Source of the DNA: Candidatus Latescibacterota bacterium
GTDB taxonomy: Bacteria > Latescibacterota > UBA2968 > UBA8231
Direction of reading: 5' to 3'
Length of the DNA: 64,000 nucleotides
NCBI GenBank assembly: GCA_965217585.1
Contig: OZ244561.1
Coordinates: 5,888,001-5,952,000, forward strand
Part shown: positions 45,523-56,202 of the stretch, in pieces
Layout: every line of letters begins with the position of its first letter
How positions within the stretch are numbered: position 1 is the first letter of the stretch
Program-made: the position numbers and the translations under genes
Notes under the pieces: model-generated
Databases searched by the model: none
What the model was told of the DNA's origin: nothing
The model's input: the letters and a program-made list of their open reading frames with translations, nothing else

Positions 45523-47636
45523 ATCCGCTACGGGCGCTGATCTGGAAAGAAGGGCGCGAGTCGATCTACAAAATTGCCCTCGGTGTCTGCTTGGGGCTAT
45601 TCGTCGGGCTGACTATCAATCTCGACCACTATCCCTATCCCGACCCCTCCAATGTCATCAACTTTACTTTCGAGCAGATAAGCTTTCTGGTGGGTCTTTG
45701 CGGCGCTGTGCTGATGGGCATGGATGTAATGGCCGGGGAGCGCCGCCGGGGGACGCTGCCCTTCCTGTTGAGCCGGCCACTGAGGCCGGATATGTTGCTG
45801 GGAGTGAAGTTCGCAGTGGGGGCGGCCGGACTACTGGCGGTGCTGGCCGCGTACTGGGCCGGGGTGTACCTCGGGAAGTCGGGATGGGGAAATCCCGACT
45901 TCCAGGCCTCTGAATATTATATAAATTATATAGAGACGATCCTGACGGATGTCGGGTACGTCCGCATTGTCCTGCTGTGGTTTTTTCTTTTCCTGATCCT
46001 GTACACTGCGGTGTTCCTCGCCTCAGTTTTTTCCGACCGTTCCGCCCAAGCAGTGATAATTGGCCTGATGACGGTTTGGGTTGGGCTATTCTGCGTCGTC
46101 TTACTGTCTTTCGAGGCAGTCTCGTATTATCTCATGCTGGTCTTCCACACGGTGTTGGATCGCGATGCCGGGATCCTACGCCAAGCCTTTGACCCACCGC
46201 TGCTTCTGGCTAGGGTCGCGGGTGCTGGTCTATTAGCAGGCGGTGTGGTACTGTGGGCCTGCCGGGCGTTTAGAGCTCAGGCGAACAGGCGTTTCCAGTG
46301 GACTGTAGGCGCACTCACCCTGATTTCTGGGGGCATCGTGATGTGGTTGGATGTCACGCAGTCTCAGGGTGTAGAAGAGCCGACCGAGCCGGTGGGCCGC
46401 CTCCCCTATGCTACTCCCATCGTAGATCTGGCGCTGCAAGATCGGTTGGCGGTGGTGCTGCTGGAGCGGGGGGTGAGCGTGGTGGATGTGGCGGATTGGC
46501 GGGCACTGAGGGAAAGCGGCCGGGCGGAAATAGAGGGCTGGCAGCTCTGGCGGCTGGCCCTGTCCGGCTCGACTGCTTATGTCTGGGGATCGGCTGTGGC
46601 GCAAGACAGTGTAGGGGTGGCTGTATTTGATCTCAGTCAGCCCGAGCGTCCCCAACTGCGGGCACAGCGTTTACTCTATCCCATTGAGACGGGTCCCACT
46701 CCCTGGCTGAAGCACACTCCTAGGGTGGTGGGTTGGGCCGCATGGGAGGGCCATCTGTACGCTGGTCTGCTTGGGAACGAATCACTTGAACTGCATAGTT
46801 TCGACGTGCGGGAAGGCGGTCTGCCTCAACCCGTCCATGTGCTGCCGATCGCAGAGCGAGCTAAACACGTCTGGAACAACAACTGGGAGATGCGCTTGGC
46901 TGGCCTACATGCCTTTCTGACCTTGGGCCACGATTTCGTCGTTCTCGATCTAACCGATCCTCGTCGGCCTGAAGAGCTGAGTCGGACGCCTCTGCGCCGC
47001 TTTGGACCCTCCAAGCAGTATGAGGAATCCATCGAAGAACTCCATCACCAGCTAGCTCCCGGAGTGCTGCCGGACTCTGTCGCGCAGAAGCTGAAAGAAG
47101 CCGGTCGTCCAGGGCTGGGGGTTTTTCAGATGCGCAAGCGGACTCCCGATGGCGAGTCCTTCTATCGGATCGCCGCGCCGCCAGGATTGGGGCCCATCTC
47201 GCTAAGTGGTGACAAAGCGTATGTCCAGCGGTACTGGCCCGAGGAGCTAGCTGTGCTGGACATAGCCGATCTACGGAGGCCGGTGGAGGTCGATTATGTT
47301 CCTAATGAGTCTTTCTCTAGCGGACTGACCATGGACGGGGATTTTGCCTATGTCCTGAGATGGAACGGGATCGGTGCCTACGCCGTGGCTAGGTACGGAG
47401 CCTTGTGGAAGCGGGAGACGTTGGGCCTTGCGGACGAGGAAGAGGGCCTGCGGATTCCCGACATAATGACCGCGATCGCCGACACGAGCATAATCAGCTA
47501 CACGGGCCGCGAAATCGTCAAGGTCGTCGACATTTATATGCGCTATAAACGCCCCATCCCCATCCTAGCGGGCGATTATATCTGCGCGGTTCTGAAAAAC
47601 AACCTCGTCGTCTTCGAGGCCCTGCAGGACGACTGA
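45519..47636 (+). CDS. ABC-2 permease fused to an extracytoplasmic LVIVD-like beta-propeller
   Basis: LIWKEGR, ERRRGTLPFLLSRP and several TMs, then repeats VSVVDVAD, VAVFDLSQP, FVVLDLTDP, LAVLDIAD. Confidence 0.75.
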   Translation: MNPLRALIWKEGRESIYKIALGVCLGLFVGLTINLDHYPYPDPSNVINFTFEQISFLVGLCGAVLMGMDVMAGERRRGTLPFLLSRPLRPDMLLGVKFAVGAAGLLAVLAAYWAGVYLGKSGWGNPDFQASEYYINYIETILTDVGYVRIVLLWFFLFLILYTAVFLASVFSDRSAQAVIIGLMTVWVGLFCVVLLSFEAVSYYLMLVFHTVLDRDAGILRQAFDPPLLLARVAGAGLLAGGVVLWACRAFRAQANRRFQWTVGALTLISGGIVMWLDVTQSQGVEEPTEPVGRLPYATPIVDLALQDRLAVVLLERGVSVVDVADWRALRESGRAEIEGWQLWRLALSGSTAYVWGSAVAQDSVGVAVFDLSQPERPQLRAQRLLYPIETGPTPWLKHTPRVVGWAAWEGHLYAGLLGNESLELHSFDVREGGLPQPVHVLPIAERAKHVWNNNWEMRLAGLHAFLTLGHDFVVLDLTDPRRPEELSRTPLRRFGPSKQYEESIEELHHQLAPGVLPDSVAQKLKEAGRPGLGVFQMRKRTPDGESFYRIAAPPGLGPISLSGDKAYVQRYWPEELAVLDIADLRRPVEVDYVPNESFSSGLTMDGDFAYVLRWNGIGAYAVARYGALWKRETLGLADEEEGLRIPDIMTAIADTSIISYTGREIVKVVDIYMRYKRPIPILAGDYICAVLKNNLVVFEALQDD

Positions 47637-47669
47637 ATCAATGCACAGAACCTGAATGGAGGAAGCCTC

Positions 47670-49775
47670 ATGACGAATACATACTGCAACCTTCTAATTG
47701 CCATACTGATAGCGTCGAGCGCTTGTCTGGCCAGCGTTCAGAGCCAGTCATCGGTTGCGATTATCACCGGCGAAATCCGGGAGCCAACTTCGCGGGAAAT
47801 CGCGTTTAGCTACCAGCCGCCGTCGGCGATAGGAAGTGGTGAGGAGCGCGTCGTGCTCGACAGCCTGAACCGCTTCGCCTGCGAGCTGCCCGTCGTCCGA
47901 GGGGCCCTCGCTAGGGGGCATTACGAGGGCGGGCAGCCGCGGTCGAAATGGATGCAGTGGATTGGATACTTCCTCTTTGATCACGGTCCCTTCATCTTCT
48001 TCGTCGAACCCGGCGATAGTCTGCACATAGTCGTGGAGGAGGGCTTTTTCGGTCCTTCCTACTCGTTCAGCGGCCCCAACGCGGACAACAGCCGCTTCCT
48101 TGCCGAGTTGCTTCCGCGCTTTCGCGGCACTCGCTTGGACTACGAAGATCTGAAGGTGGAGGACTTTTCTCGCCAAGCGGACCAGTGGCTGCAGGATCAG
48201 TTGGAATTCTTGGCTGAAGAGCGCGAAGAATACGCACTCTCTCCGATTTTCGTCGACTATGCAACGGCCTACTTCAACTACGGGTGGGCCAGACTCATGA
48301 TTTCCTACCCGACGGAGTACCGCTTTGCCAACCACCATGAGAACAGAGAAATCCCCCCAGAGTACTACGACTTCCTCTAAGAAATTCCCCTAGGCGATGA
48401 GAAGGCTATTGGCGTAGGCAATTATCACACCTTTCTGACACGAACCTTGGACTGGGAGTCGGAGATGCCCAGACCACCTAGGCGGCCAAGTGGAGCTGTC
48501 GGCCCCTTGCCCAGTGAGCGCAGGGAGTTAGGCGAGGTGCCCAGACCATCTTGGCAGCTATCCGAGGTATACGATCTAGCGGATCTGGAGTTATCGGAGG
48601 AGGCCTTGGCCCAACTCGACGCCCTGTACGAAAAGGAGGGCCAGCGGCCCAAGCTGTCGCAGATGGTCGATTTGTCGGCAGTTGGGTTGTTCTCGGCTAC
48701 CCAGGCCCGGCTCGACTCGATGTACAAAAAAAAGAGATCTCCCAAGCTATCCCATATGTTGGATTTGTCGGCGTTTGGTCTTTCGCAGACCGTCCAAGCT
48801 GAACTCGACTCCTTCTTTGAAAAAAATGGCAGATCGTATACTACCATTTCTTCGAGTGAGGAAGAAGTGGCTAGGATGGATACGACGGATGGAGCATTGA
48901 TGTTCTTCATGCCTATAAACGAACAGATGGAGCCGCTCAAGAGGACGCCGAAATTGTCCGAAAAGGTCAATCTGTCAGCGATTGATTTATCGGAGGCTAC
49001 CCAGGCCCAACTCGATTCGATGTACGAACATCGGCAACCGCTCAGGCTGTCCGAGAAGATCAATCTATCCAGCTTGGGTCTATCCGAGGCCACCTGTGCC
49101 CAACTCGACTCGATATATGCCGATACCGGAGCCCGGATTATTTGGAGTTTTTCGAAAAGATACAATCTGGCCAAGGAAAAACTGGAAGGAAGAGTGCTCT
49201 ACTGGTTTTTGGCCAGAGAGCTGATCGGTAGGTTCGAGCGCGGCGGCAGCGGAGCTTTTGCGTTGGCCCAACGCAAGTGGGAAGATTTTCAACAGATCAA
49301 TCCGCATCCGGAATACACCGAGGCCGTCCAAGCGGCTCTGGATAAGGCCCTGAAGCTGCAACCTGGACAACCCGCCCCCGAATTCACCCTCGACGATCTC
49401 GACGGTCATCCCGTATCGCTGAGCCAATTTAAGGGGCAAGTAGTGCTGCTCGATTTCTGGGCGAGTTGGTGTGGACCGTGTATTAGCGACCTGCCCGATC
49501 TCCGCAGAATTAAGGGAAAAACGACTACTCTGCCGGTCGTCTTCCTCAACGTGTCGCTGGACACGGACGATGCCGATTGGCGAGAGTCGATTGACAAACA
49601 CGAGATCAAAGGCGTCCACGTGCGTGCGGACGGCTTTGGCTCGGACGTGGCCAAGTCCTACCAAGTAAATGGCATTCCTTCGTATTACTTGGTGGACTCA
49701 CAAGGGCTGATCGTAGAGAATCCTATCGTAGAGAATACGGACGAGATTGTAGCGACGATCGAGAAGAGCTTGTGA
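47670..49775 (+). pseudogene. paralog of the 41823 TlpA-repeat gene split by an in-frame TAA (48378-48380)
   Basis: ORFs 47670-48380 and 48447-49775 share one frame and align end to end with 41823-43931; DFL*EIPLGDEK versus DFLEEIPLGDEK. Confidence 0.85.
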
Positions 49776-49906
49776 GCGAACTGAGCAGGCGTTCCTTGAG
49801 CCGAGCTAGTGCGTTCTAAATTCAAAAGCCCCATTCTCCCGCGTATTGCCGAGCCAGATCGGCGTGATTAGCTTGCGGAGGTAGTACATCCCAAGGAGAA
49901 GAGGCT

Positions 49907-50317
49907 ATGAAAGCGCTCGTCGTGCTCGTCGCGTTGGTCTGGACGGGGACGTCTTGTTCCGGTCCGACCACGAGCACGGATATGGTATTCGACTCTGCTG
50001 CCGAAGGGCCGGCGACCTTTGCGCAGGTGCAAACGACGATATTCGATGTGTCCTGCGCTTTGAGCGGCTGCCACGGCGACAGCGCCTGGCCCAACCTGTC
50101 GGCCGGGCAAGCATACGACAACATCGTCGATGTGGAGAGCAGCCGTGGCATAGCCTTGGTCGAGCCGGGCGATCCCGACAACAGCTACTTGTATCGCAAA
50201 CTCCTAGCAGACGCCGATGTCGATGGAGTCCGCATGCCTCTTGGCGGGCCGTACCTGACACCGGCCGCGCTCGAAACGGTGCGCGCTTGGATAGAAAAGG
50301 GGGCACCCAACGACTAA
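49907..50317 (+). CDS. putative c-type cytochrome lipoprotein (CxxxxCH)
   Basis: Lipobox-like GTSC; SCALSGCH; LVEPGDPDNSYL..RMP..WIEKGA. Confidence 0.72.
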   Translation: MKALVVLVALVWTGTSCSGPTTSTDMVFDSAAEGPATFAQVQTTIFDVSCALSGCHGDSAWPNLSAGQAYDNIVDVESSRGIALVEPGDPDNSYLYRKLLADADVDGVRMPLGGPYLTPAALETVRAWIEKGAPND

Positions 50318-50336
50318 TTCGCGCCGGGCAACGTGT

Positions 50337-50909
50337 ATGCGTTGGCTCATCCCGTTTCTGATCTGTTCGCCGCTGGCCGTCCACGGCGGCGAATGGCACG
50401 TCGATAAAAAGGCCGAGGGCAACCAAGTCGCGTTCACTTCCAAAGTGGTGGCCTTCACTTTTACCGGCACGACCGATAAAATCGACGGCTTTATCTATTG
50501 GGAAGGCGAGTCGCTTTTTGCGGCCAAGGACCAACTGCATTTTGAAGTGGACCTAGCCAGCTTTGATACGGGCATTGGCAAGCGGGACCGGGATATGCGC
50601 CAAGTGCTGGACACGGACCAGTGGCCCAAAGCCGTGTACAAAGGGGAAATCGCCGAACACACCGCCGTCGATTCCACCGTGGTCGCCTATCGCGTCAAGA
50701 CCAAGGGAATCCTGTCGCTACATGGGGTGGATCGGGCCGTAGAAGTGCCCGGTACCTTAGTGGTGGAAGAGGGGCGCTCCAAGGTCGAGGCAGCGTTCAC
50801 CATTAAACTGGCCGACTACAACATTGAGGCACCCTCGCTGGCGGCCTTTGTCAAGGTGAGTCAGGAAATTGCCATCAAAGTCTCGTTCTACTTAAAGCAC
50901 GTACAATAG
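50337..50909 (+). CDS. YceI-family periplasmic lipid-binding protein
   Basis: Signal peptide; DTGIGKRDRDM, GILSLHGV, LADYNI. Confidence 0.88.
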   Translation: MRWLIPFLICSPLAVHGGEWHVDKKAEGNQVAFTSKVVAFTFTGTTDKIDGFIYWEGESLFAAKDQLHFEVDLASFDTGIGKRDRDMRQVLDTDQWPKAVYKGEIAEHTAVDSTVVAYRVKTKGILSLHGVDRAVEVPGTLVVEEGRSKVEAAFTIKLADYNIEAPSLAAFVKVSQEIAIKVSFYLKHVQ

Positions 50910-50920
50910 GGCAGGAGAGA

Positions 50921-51787
50921 TTGACCGTGAACATTCGCGTCTTGTGGTTGGGAGCGCTGCTGCCGGCTTTGGCCGGTGCCCAGCCGTCGTGGCAGGCGAC
51001 TGTGCCGACCGAGATCCGGCTGGAGCTGTTTAGCGCTATTAAGACGGCCAATTATCCCACCACCGAAACGCTGTATCAAGGCGATTTCCACTACGAGATT
51101 TCGCACCGCTTTTCCCCGCCTATTGACGAGGGGTACAAGGCCAATTTCGGTTTTGATGGGCCGGCCAATATCCGCACCTCGCTTAGTTACGGCCTCAGCG
51201 ACCGGCTGATGGCGACCTTGGGGCGGAGTAATGTGCTGGACAATTTGGATCTGCAGTTGCAGTACCATTGGCTACAATTCCCCCACGAGCGCTTACCGGC
51301 GGTCGTGGCCCTAAACGTCGGCATGGCCTGGAATACGGATATGCCGGCTATTGTCGATCGAGATGCGGCTGCGGCTGACAATTTTCAGTACTATGGGCAG
51401 TTGATTGTCAATGCGCTGCTGGACGAAAGGTTGGGCATAGGGTTGGTGCCTTCCTATCTGTACAACAGCGCCATTTTCAGCGTCGATGCGCAGTACACCT
51501 TTACGCTGGGAACCTACGTCCAGTATTACTTTGACGATATGTGGGGCGTGTGGTTGGAGTATAGTCCGACCCTGACCGGGTACCAGGGCATTTTATTGCC
51601 GGGGGAAGCGGGCCGCTCGCACAATTCATTGGCTTGGGGCCTGTCCATAGATACGGGAGGGCATACCTTTTATATATTCGCCACCAACAATACGCGCCTC
51701 AGTCCAGCCCAGTACTTGGTGGGGGCACCCGACGACGCGGCCCCTGACAACTGGCGCTTGGGCTTTGGAATTACGCGCTTTTTGTGA
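50921..51787 (+). CDS. outer-membrane beta-barrel protein (DUF5777-like)
   Basis: Signal peptide; ISHRF, FGFDG.ANIR, DTGGHTF..TN, C-terminal GFGITRFL. Confidence 0.75.
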   Translation: MTVNIRVLWLGALLPALAGAQPSWQATVPTEIRLELFSAIKTANYPTTETLYQGDFHYEISHRFSPPIDEGYKANFGFDGPANIRTSLSYGLSDRLMATLGRSNVLDNLDLQLQYHWLQFPHERLPAVVALNVGMAWNTDMPAIVDRDAAAADNFQYYGQLIVNALLDERLGIGLVPSYLYNSAIFSVDAQYTFTLGTYVQYYFDDMWGVWLEYSPTLTGYQGILLPGEAGRSHNSLAWGLSIDTGGHTFYIFATNNTRLSPAQYLVGAPDDAAPDNWRLGFGITRFL

Positions 51788-53037
51788 GTCTCTATCGCAT
51801 CGTGCTTGACGATCGCTTCATCCGCCCCCGCTATAACGGCCACTGTTTTGCCGATCTGCCGGCCACCATCAAATGGGTCCTGACGGGCCAAGGATCGCCT
51901 AGCCTCGACCCGGCGCTACTGACGGATGTAGGCCCTTGCGACACCGTGGTGCTCTTTTTTATCGACTCCTTTGGCTGGCGCTTTTTCGAGCGCTGCGAGG
52001 ACCGCTATCCCTTCCTAAGCGATATTGGCCGCGAGGGATCGGTGGCCCGCCTCACCGCGCAGTTTCCGTCCACTACCGCTGCCCACGTCACCTGCATCCA
52101 CACGGGTCAGCCGGTCGGGCGCAGCGGCGTGTTTGAATGGCAGTACTACGAGCCGAGCCTCGACGCCATTATCACCCCGCTGCCTTTTGCCCTAGCCGAC
52201 AGCGACCAGCCCGATTCGCTGCCTCGGGAAGCGGCTCGGACCGTCTTCCCCCAAGGCACGCTGTACCAAGAGTTGGGGCAGTTAGGGGTCGAAAGTTGCG
52301 TTTTTCAAAGCCGCGCCTTTACTCCCTCGACCTGCTCTGACACATACTTGCAAGGCGCTCAAGTCTATCCCTGCTACACCTTTTCCGAGGCGCTGACCAA
52401 TCTGGCTACGCTACTGCAAAAACCGCGTTCAGGGCCGGCTTATTTCCTGTTCTACTTCGACCAGATCGACCTTATAGGCCACTGCTACGGTCCGGACTCG
52501 CCGCAGTTTCAAGTCGAAATCGACACCTTTCTGACCGCAGTTGATCGGCTCTTTTGGCGTCCGCTGGCCGGCCGTTTACAGCGCACTTTATTCGCCCTCA
52601 TCGCCGATCATGGTCAGGCTCCGGTCAATCCGGAAACCACCGTGTATATCAATGACGAGACTCGTTTTCCCGGCTTGGTTCCCATGCTGCGCACTGACCA
52701 CCGCGGCCGCCCTCTAGTGCCAGCCGGCGCGTGCCGCGATTTCTTTCTCTACGTCGAGGACGATCGGCTCGACGAAGCCCACGCCCTGTTGGCCCGCCAA
52801 CTTGAAGGCTGTGCCCAAGTCTGCCGCACCGAGGATCTGATCGAAGCCGGCCTCTTCGGGCCACTGCCTCCGTCCTCGCGCTTCCTCGACCGAGTGGGCA
52901 ACTTGGTCATCCTGCCCTTTGCCGGCGAGTCGGTCTGGTGGTACGAAAAAGACAAATTCGAGATGAATAAGCACGGTGCCCACGGGGCCCTGACCCCGGC
53001 CGAAGTAGAAATCCCGCTGCTGCTGTTCTATTTTTGA
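51784..53037 (+). CDS. alkaline-phosphatase-superfamily nucleotide pyrophosphatase/phosphodiesterase
   Basis: IDSFG, FPSTT, DLIGH.YGP, ADHG, HGA. Confidence 0.87.
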   Translation: MSLYRIVLDDRFIRPRYNGHCFADLPATIKWVLTGQGSPSLDPALLTDVGPCDTVVLFFIDSFGWRFFERCEDRYPFLSDIGREGSVARLTAQFPSTTAAHVTCIHTGQPVGRSGVFEWQYYEPSLDAIITPLPFALADSDQPDSLPREAARTVFPQGTLYQELGQLGVESCVFQSRAFTPSTCSDTYLQGAQVYPCYTFSEALTNLATLLQKPRSGPAYFLFYFDQIDLIGHCYGPDSPQFQVEIDTFLTAVDRLFWRPLAGRLQRTLFALIADHGQAPVNPETTVYINDETRFPGLVPMLRTDHRGRPLVPAGACRDFFLYVEDDRLDEAHALLARQLEGCAQVCRTEDLIEAGLFGPLPPSSRFLDRVGNLVILPFAGESVWWYEKDKFEMNKHGAHGALTPAEVEIPLLLFYF

Positions 53038-54809
53038 CCCTTGGCCAGAAAAACCATTCGCCTGACCACCTCGTGAACTTCATCCGCCAGTTCTATCGCC
53101 TCGTCCGTCCCCAACGCACCCTCCTGGCCCTGACCATCGGCTGCGGATTCCTCTTTGTTGCCACCAACCTGCTGCCGCCCTTGGTCATCCGCCGCCTCAT
53201 CCAATGGCTCACCGAAGGGGGTGGCTCCTCAGCCGGTCTGCTGGAGCTATCCCTCTTGCTGCTGGGCACCTACCTGATCCGGGGCTTGGTGCGCTACGGC
53301 TATGGCCTGTACTCGCACATGGCCGCCTATCAAGTCATGCACCGGCTTATGACTCGGGTGTACCGCCATTTGCAACGGATGCCGCACCGCTTTTTCCACC
53401 AGCGCCGCACTGGCGAACTCATGGCCCGCTCCATCAACGACGTGGAGACTGTGGAGGACTTTATCGCCCACGGCATTCCCGAGACCTTCATCGCCTTGGT
53501 CATTCCCGGCGCCATGTTGACGGTGCTGTTCATCCTCGACGCTCGCCTCGCCCTCATCGCGCTGGTACCCATCCCCCTGACCGCCTTCCTCGTCTTTCGC
53601 TACGTCTCGCGGGTACGGGGCATGTGGGCCGGAGTGCGGGGCGGCTTGGGCGATTTGGTGGCCCAAGTGCAGGACTACCTCTCCGGCGTCTCCGTCATTA
53701 AATCGTTCGTCCAAGAAGAGCGCTGCGCCCGCAGCATCGAGGCCCGCAGTCAGACCTTCCGCGACCGCATGGTCGCCGCCAACAAGATCTCGATTATCCC
53801 CTCCGGCCTAATCGAAGGGGCCGGTGGGGTAGGGGTGGTGCTGGTGATCTGGGCGGGAGGCACTGATGCGCTCCAAGGCGGCATTTCCGTGGCCGACCTC
53901 TTTGTCTTCGTCGCCTATATGGCCCATATCTACGAGCCTTTTCTGCGCTTGGCCGCCATCAACGACGTGCTGCAGAAAGCGGCCTCCAGCACCGAGCGGA
54001 TCTTTGCCCTGCTGGCGCAAAAACCTACTATCGTTGACGCGCCCAACGCCGTGGCTCCAGCTCACTTGGACTGGTCCCTGCGCTTCGATCGCCTCACCTT
54101 TGGCTACGAGTCAGACCAGCCCGTGCTGCACGATATTGATTTTCAGATAGAAGCTGGACAGGTGGTGGCCTTGGTCGGCCCCACGGGTGCTGGCAAGAGC
54201 ACGATTGCCGCCCTAGTGCCGCGCTACTACGACCCGCAAAGGGGCCGAGTCGAACTGGGAGGGCGCGATGTGCGGAGCCTGCCCTTGGACTATCTGCGCG
54301 GCCACATCGCCTCCGTCCCCCAAGACGTCTTTCTCTTTCACGGCACCGTGCGCGACAACATCCTCTTTGGCCGACCCGAAGCCAGCCAGGCCGACATGGA
54401 GGAAGCAGCCCGGGCGGCCAATGCCGAGGAATTCATCTGCGATTTGCCCGAAGGCTACGACACTTTGATCGGCGAGCGCGGCGTGCGTCTGTCGGGCGGC
54501 CAAAAGCAGCGTCTATCCATTGCCCGCGCCTTGCTCAAAAACGCCCCGGTCCTGCTCCTCGACGAGGCCACTTCCTCGGTGGACACCGCAACCGAGGCCC
54601 TCATCCAAGAAGCCGTCCAGCGCCTCATCCACAACCGCACCACCCTGGTCATTGCCCATCGCCTATCCACGGTGCGCCGGGCCGATTTGATCTTGGTGCT
54701 GGACCGAGGCCGCATTGTCGAGCGCGGCACCCACCAAGCTCTGCTGACCCGAGATGGTTTCTACGCCCGCATGGTCCAGGCCCAGGAGCTAGCCGACGCG
54801 CTGGTTTAA
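53034..54809 (+). CDS. ABC exporter, fused permease/ATPase (MsbA-like)
   Basis: Six-TM domain; GPTGAGKS, LSGGQKQR, LDEATS, IAHR. Confidence 0.95.
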   Translation: MTLGQKNHSPDHLVNFIRQFYRLVRPQRTLLALTIGCGFLFVATNLLPPLVIRRLIQWLTEGGGSSAGLLELSLLLLGTYLIRGLVRYGYGLYSHMAAYQVMHRLMTRVYRHLQRMPHRFFHQRRTGELMARSINDVETVEDFIAHGIPETFIALVIPGAMLTVLFILDARLALIALVPIPLTAFLVFRYVSRVRGMWAGVRGGLGDLVAQVQDYLSGVSVIKSFVQEERCARSIEARSQTFRDRMVAANKISIIPSGLIEGAGGVGVVLVIWAGGTDALQGGISVADLFVFVAYMAHIYEPFLRLAAINDVLQKAASSTERIFALLAQKPTIVDAPNAVAPAHLDWSLRFDRLTFGYESDQPVLHDIDFQIEAGQVVALVGPTGAGKSTIAALVPRYYDPQRGRVELGGRDVRSLPLDYLRGHIASVPQDVFLFHGTVRDNILFGRPEASQADMEEAARAANAEEFICDLPEGYDTLIGERGVRLSGGQKQRLSIARALLKNAPVLLLDEATSSVDTATEALIQEAVQRLIHNRTTLVIAHRLSTVRRADLILVLDRGRIVERGTHQALLTRDGFYARMVQAQELADALV

Positions 54810-54907
54810 AATTGGCTGCTCAAACTTCATTCGACGGATCTAGAGAAGACGAGGTGGTTCTACTGAGACGTTTTAGGCGGTGTGGTCGCTTGCGACTCCG
54901 ACGAGAA

Positions 54908-56161
54908 CTATCCCAAGTCTGCTTCACCACGATTGTCGCGCTGCCTAAAACAAAGCCAAAAAATCGCCGCGCCAGAGGCAGTTAAGCAACCTGCCATAAG
55001 GAATAGAGCGCGATATCCCACCGCTTCAATCATATAACCCCCACCTAGCGATACGCCGGCATAACCAAAGCCGGTCATGGTGGCCGCCGCCCCGGCCATC
55101 GCTGTCCGCCAGCGCCGTGGCATCATTTCCTGTTGGAAAACGGTAAAGGCCGGTCGGCGGATCCCCGCCAGGCACATCGTGCCCATAAGGCATAAACCAG
55201 CGATGCCCCAATGGGGAATTAAAGCGAGGGGGACCAATATCAGAGCCGAGCACAAAACTGCTCCATTGAACGTGCGGGTGCTACCAAAACGTCGCACTAG
55301 AAAGGGCATCATTAGGGCGGCGGGAATGGCGAGTAATTGTCCTGAAGCAGCTAGGGTACCAATGAGGGCGGTACTCGCATTTAATGCGTCATCTAGATAG
55401 ACATTTAAAAAAGTGCGAACTGCACCTTCACTGGCGGTATAAAGAAACGCAATAAAAGAGAGTAGCAGGATGAGCTTCAGCGGCAAGGGGGTGGCATCAG
55501 TTGGAGTGTCCTCATGGTGTTCGCGGGTCTCTTGACCCGTTGCCACAAGGGCAAACACGCCTGGGGTGAGTAGCAGGGAAGCAACGAGCAATGTATGCCG
55601 ATAGGGGGTGGGATGGTCGAGGGAAAGTTGTAAGAGGCCGGCAAAGCCGCCCGGTAGGAAACCCCCGACCAAACTGCCAGCGAAACCCGCCAGGGGAAAG
55701 AGCGCGGCTTGGAGCGAGAATACGTGGTGGCGCTGTGCGGCGCTGGAGACCGCCATTAGGTAAGGATAGCCGTTGACGATATACAGCGAGATGCCGAGTA
55801 AGCCGAGGGCGTTCGTGCTGAGAATGAAGCTTTGCCGGTGGATATCAGAGACGAACTCAGCTTGGGAAAGCAGCGCATGGCCGACGATGGCCAAACTAAG
55901 GCCGAGGATCATGGTGCGGCGATTGCCCCAACGGCTGCCGAGGAAACTGCTCGGTAGGCTGGATAGGGCAAAGGCTAGGCCGCCGACGGCGTTGACCTGG
56001 CCGACGAATGCGGGACCGTAGCCCAGCCGCAGCAGATATAAATTGAACAATAGCGAGTAAATGCCGCTGAATAGGCAAAATCCAACCAACCCAGAAGCAA
56101 ACAGATACAGGCGAATGTCGCGATTGAAATGGCGAATTGTGCGCAGATATTGGTCGGGCAT
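54908..56161 (-). CDS. MFS transporter
   Basis: About 12 hydrophobic segments; GSRWGNRR motif A. Confidence 0.88.
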   Translation of the reverse strand: MPDQYLRTIRHFNRDIRLYLFASGLVGFCLFSGIYSLLFNLYLLRLGYGPAFVGQVNAVGGLAFALSSLPSSFLGSRWGNRRTMILGLSLAIVGHALLSQAEFVSDIHRQSFILSTNALGLLGISLYIVNGYPYLMAVSSAAQRHHVFSLQAALFPLAGFAGSLVGGFLPGGFAGLLQLSLDHPTPYRHTLLVASLLLTPGVFALVATGQETREHHEDTPTDATPLPLKLILLLSFIAFLYTASEGAVRTFLNVYLDDALNASTALIGTLAASGQLLAIPAALMMPFLVRRFGSTRTFNGAVLCSALILVPLALIPHWGIAGLCLMGTMCLAGIRRPAFTVFQQEMMPRRWRTAMAGAAATMTGFGYAGVSLGGGYMIEAVGYRALFLMAGCLTASGAAIFWLCFRQRDNRGEADLG

Positions 56162-56202
56162 ACTGCGGGCTTATGGGTCGGGGGCGATGGGGCGAACTAG
56201 AT

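Noticed and set aside
48378-48380. Selenocysteine or pyrrolysine recoding
   Set aside because: Codon is TAA and aligns to Glu in the paralog
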